From NCBI GenBank assembly GCA_963749915.1, contig CAVVOP010000021.1, positions 480,001 through 544,000 of the forward strand: DNA of 64,000 nucleotides, read 5' to 3'. Each line of letters begins with the position of its first letter. Within the stretch, counting starts at the first letter, position 1. This document shows, one piece after another, positions 60,596 to 64,000 of the stretch. The translations under genes were made by a program, and so were the position numbers. Below the pieces are notes generated by a model, which saw nothing but the letters and a program-made list of their open reading frames with translations, was not told where the DNA came from and made no database searches. The stretch is from an uncultured cyanobacterium (GTDB taxonomy: Bacteria; Cyanobacteriota; Cyanobacteriia; Cyanobacteriales; Cyanobacteriaceae).

Positions 60596-62734
60596 TTGAA
60601 AAAAAGTTTTAATTTATTGAATGGGATGAAAGAGCTACTTAAATATTTTAAAATTATTCATAAAAGATGGCTTCCCGCCTCTTTGGTATTTGCAGTAGTT
60701 TTTTTCTTTTTGGGTTATGAAAGGTCAGAAAAAACTGTACCCCTTTATCGTGCGACGGGTACGATTATTTTTGATCAAAGAAATGATACCGCCACAGATC
60801 AAGTTGCGATAACGGAACAGAATAAATTAAACAATGATTTAGTCTTAATAAAGTCCGAATCTTTTGCAGAAAAAGTTAAACAAGATTTACAATTTCCCTT
60901 AGAAATAGATAATAAAAAACTGGCACAAGATTTAGTGGCAGTTAATCCTCAAAATAGTGATGTAATTTATTTATCCTTTACCGATGAAGATCCCAGAAAA
61001 GCCACGGATATTGTCAATGCATGGATTAGAAATTATGTGCAAATAGACAAAGATCAAACAGTTTCTCAAACCAGAGAATTAGCTAAATTTCTTGAAAAAC
61101 AGATTTCTGGCACTGAAAAATCCTTAGAATCTACAGCTAAAAAACTCAAAGACTTTAAACAAAATAATAACATTTTAGATATTAACACCGAAGCTACTTC
61201 TACTATTGCCAATATCACTCAAATCGAACGCCAAATTGCTGACATTGAAGCCGAATTAGTTTCCCAAAAATCTCGCCGAGATTCCTTAAAACAAATTTTT
61301 CAAGTTGACTCAGAAAGTGCTATTACTTCTAGCTTTGTTAATGAATCTCCTATTATTAATTCTCTGGTTAAACAAATTCAAGAAGTGCAAACTAAACTTG
61401 AACAAGAAAAACTGCGTTTTGGCGATCGGCATCCCCAAGTAGTTTCTTTACAACAACAGGAAATCGCCCTACAAGAACAACTGAAAAATTATGCTCAAAA
61501 TACCAATATAAAAGGTAATTTACCGGAGAATTTAAAGGGTATTTATCAACCCGGAACAACTCAAAGTAATCTCCTAACAGAATATGATGCCACAGAAAAA
61601 CAAATACAAAGTTTGGAAGCCCAATTAAAATCTTTAACAGAATTAATAGAAGTTTATCAAAAACGAGTCAAGACTCTTCCTCAGTTGGAGTTTGAGCATC
61701 AAAAGCTACAAAGAGAATTGAAGGCAAAAAGTGACGTATTAGAAAACTTAGTCAAAAATTATCAAGATGCCCAAATTACTATCAATAACACCCAAGGGAA
61801 TATTCGTTCTACGGAATTTGCCTCTATACCTCAGGAACCAACCATAAACCGCAGATTTCTTTATTTAGTACAAGGTTTTCTCGGCGGCATTTTAGCCGGT
61901 TCTCTAGTAGCTTATTCATTGGATAAATTGGATCAAAGAATTAACAATACTGATCAAATTAAAAAATATTTTAAACAACCCATCTTCGGAAAAATTCCTG
62001 ATTTTTACCGTCGTAAAAGTGATAACATCACAAGTAGTCTTCCTGTAAGAGACAATCCTGGTTCTACTATTACAGAGCATTTTCGGGCACTTTGTGCCAG
62101 TATCAAATTTATGGGCACGGAAGAAAAACCCTTAAAGGTAATTACAATTTCTAGTGCCATTCCTGGGGAAGGAACATCTACTATTGTCGCTAATATGGCC
62201 ATCGCCAGTTCCGAATTAGATGTAAAAGTATTATTAATTGAAGCCGACTTGAGGAACCCTGGACAAAGTAAAATTTGGAAAAATATAGATATATCAATGG
62301 GTTTAAGTGATTTATTACAGACAGAAAATAACTTATCATCCTCAGAATTGGCTATTTCTCCTATAATGCCAAATTTAGATATTTTACTGGCAGGGAATAC
62401 TCAATCTAATCCAGTTGTGTTGATAGGATCGCCCCAAATGGTATATCTACTTGAGGAAATGAAAAATAAGTATGATTTAATTATCATCGATGCACCACCC
62501 GTAAGTATAGCCGCCGATGCTCAAATTTTGGGACGTATGAGCGACGGAATGTTAATGGTTGTACGTCAAGGAAAAACTAATACATCAATGTTAGCTAGTA
62601 TCAGTGAATCGTTATCCCAAGCCGAAGTAAATATTCTCGGTTTATTGTTGAACTGTTTTACTGACGATAGTGATAACTACTATAGCTATAATTACTCATA
62701 CTACTACGATCAAAGTATGGGGAAGAAGGTATGA
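60596..62734 (+). CDS. Polysaccharide co-polymerase / tyrosine autokinase (Wzc/GumC)
   Basis: Two TM segments with coiled coil, P-loop-like PGEGTST, IEADLR, IIDAPP, Tyr-rich C-terminus. Confidence 0.9.
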   Translation: MKKSFNLLNGMKELLKYFKIIHKRWLPASLVFAVVFFFLGYERSEKTVPLYRATGTIIFDQRNDTATDQVAITEQNKLNNDLVLIKSESFAEKVKQDLQFPLEIDNKKLAQDLVAVNPQNSDVIYLSFTDEDPRKATDIVNAWIRNYVQIDKDQTVSQTRELAKFLEKQISGTEKSLESTAKKLKDFKQNNNILDINTEATSTIANITQIERQIADIEAELVSQKSRRDSLKQIFQVDSESAITSSFVNESPIINSLVKQIQEVQTKLEQEKLRFGDRHPQVVSLQQQEIALQEQLKNYAQNTNIKGNLPENLKGIYQPGTTQSNLLTEYDATEKQIQSLEAQLKSLTELIEVYQKRVKTLPQLEFEHQKLQRELKAKSDVLENLVKNYQDAQITINNTQGNIRSTEFASIPQEPTINRRFLYLVQGFLGGILAGSLVAYSLDKLDQRINNTDQIKKYFKQPIFGKIPDFYRRKSDNITSSLPVRDNPGSTITEHFRALCASIKFMGTEEKPLKVITISSAIPGEGTSTIVANMAIASSELDVKVLLIEADLRNPGQSKIWKNIDISMGLSDLLQTENNLSSSELAISPIMPNLDILLAGNTQSNPVVLIGSPQMVYLLEEMKNKYDLIIIDAPPVSIAADAQILGRMSDGMLMVVRQGKTNTSMLASISESLSQAEVNILGLLLNCFTDDSDNYYSYNYSYYYDQSMGKKV

Positions 62735-63025
62735 AAAGGGGAACAGAGAAGATATATTCTGTGGTTGCAAGGAAAAAGATTGATTGACGGTTACCGTAAG
62801 TAACTTTTACATCATGATAATGGCTAAATCTTTCACGGGACTTTGTTTTTTACTATAATTGTCCATTTGTTATATAATATTTGACATTGTCAGCTTTACA
62901 AAAGCAGAACTAAATTAAACTAGATTATTACTTGCTTAAAGAATAATTTTTGATTAAATCCACATTGTCGGTTATTGTCCATTGTCCATTATCAATTTTT
63001 ATCCTTATTTCCTTTCTTGACAATA

Positions 63026-63919
63026 ATGAGTGATTATATTTTTGGTAGAGTTTTAACCGCTATGGTGACGCCCTTTAAGGAGGATTTGTCTGTTAATTAT
63101 GGTGTCGCTGAAAAATTAGCCGATCATTTGGTTAATAGTGGAAGTGATGGTTTAGTTATTTGCGGTACTACGGGAGAATCTCCTTCCCTTGAAGATAACG
63201 AAAAATATGAATTACTCAAAGTTGTTAAAAATGTCGTGGGTCATCGTGCTAAAATCGTCATGGGTACAGGGTCAAATTCTACCGCTAAAGCAATCAAAGA
63301 TACTCAAAAAGCTAGTAAAATAGGTGTTGATGGTTCGCTGCAGGTTGTTCCTTATTACAATAAACCCCCCCAAGAAGGCTTATATCAACACTTTAGCTCA
63401 ATAGCCAAATCCTGTCCCGATGTGCCGATGATGTTGTATAATATTCCTGGGAGGACGGGGAAAAACTTAGAACCAGAAACCACCGCCCAATTAGCGGAAG
63501 ATTTAGATAATATAGTAGCAGTAAAAGAAGCTAGTGCAGATTTAGAACAAACTGCTAAAATAAAAATACTTGCTCCTTCCGATTTTTTAATTTATTCAGG
63601 AGAAGACTTTTTGACTTTGCCCATGATGACGGTGGGAAGTGTCGGAGTTGTCAGCGTAGCCAGTCATTTAGTCGGCAATCAAATGCAAACCATGATTCAA
63701 GCCTACGAAAAAGGCGATAATTCTTTAGCCCAAGAAATTCAACAAAAATTGTATAGTTTATTTAAGGTTATATTTTGTAATACCAACCCTATTCCCATCA
63801 AATTTGCCCTACGATCACAAGGTTGGGATGTGGGTACGGTTAGATTACCCTTATCCAGTCTTCCCGTAAATCAGCAGATGGAAGTAGAAAAGGTTTTGGA
63901 GAATTTGAGCTTATTATAG
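63026..63919 (+). CDS. dapA: 4-hydroxy-tetrahydrodipicolinate synthase
   Basis: TAMVTPF, GTTGES, PYYNKP, LYNIPGRTG, VKEAS; start placed at the MSDYIFG ATG. Confidence 0.96.
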   Translation: MSDYIFGRVLTAMVTPFKEDLSVNYGVAEKLADHLVNSGSDGLVICGTTGESPSLEDNEKYELLKVVKNVVGHRAKIVMGTGSNSTAKAIKDTQKASKIGVDGSLQVVPYYNKPPQEGLYQHFSSIAKSCPDVPMMLYNIPGRTGKNLEPETTAQLAEDLDNIVAVKEASADLEQTAKIKILAPSDFLIYSGEDFLTLPMMTVGSVGVVSVASHLVGNQMQTMIQAYEKGDNSLAQEIQQKLYSLFKVIFCNTNPIPIKFALRSQGWDVGTVRLPLSSLPVNQQMEVEKVLENLSLL

Positions 63920-64000
63920 ATAGTAACTTTAGGTTAATTAGTCCCATTTAAAAGTAATAAAAGAAGTTTTTTAGTTAGGGAAATAGATATAATAAATCGT

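Overview
AT-rich cyanobacterial chromosome segment. HIP1 GCGATCGC sites, psbK, btpA and ccmK3/K4 support this; a unicellular Cyanobacterium/Geminocystis-like lineage is inferred, not verified. Most of the window is housekeeping: fusA-like, SNF2 helicase, nagA, ilvB/ilvN, secG, gpmI, thrC, lpxC, recR, nadB, pyk, panB, wza/wzc, dapA, tRNA-Pro and tRNA-fMet. There are two accessory regions. (1) 1-8.4 kb is a molybdate-uptake / adhE / FeMo-cofactor-protein block that looks nitrogen-fixation associated. (2) About 17.7-22.7 kb, directly downstream of tRNA-Pro(CGG), is a decaying integron locus whose sites and integrase remnant are invisible in the ORF track. It has IS remnants, two related attI-like platforms in tandem with regularly spaced GAAAGTTTC palindromic boxes, and a 32-codon remnant of the integron integrase N-terminus divergent from the second platform. 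It also has two intact attC sites of unrelated sequence types and captured, mostly GC-richer cassettes (CPBP protease, membrane protein, SMI1/KNR4 immunity-like protein, pYEATS-domain membrane protein, one broken cassette). All calls were made by eye; no database searches were run.
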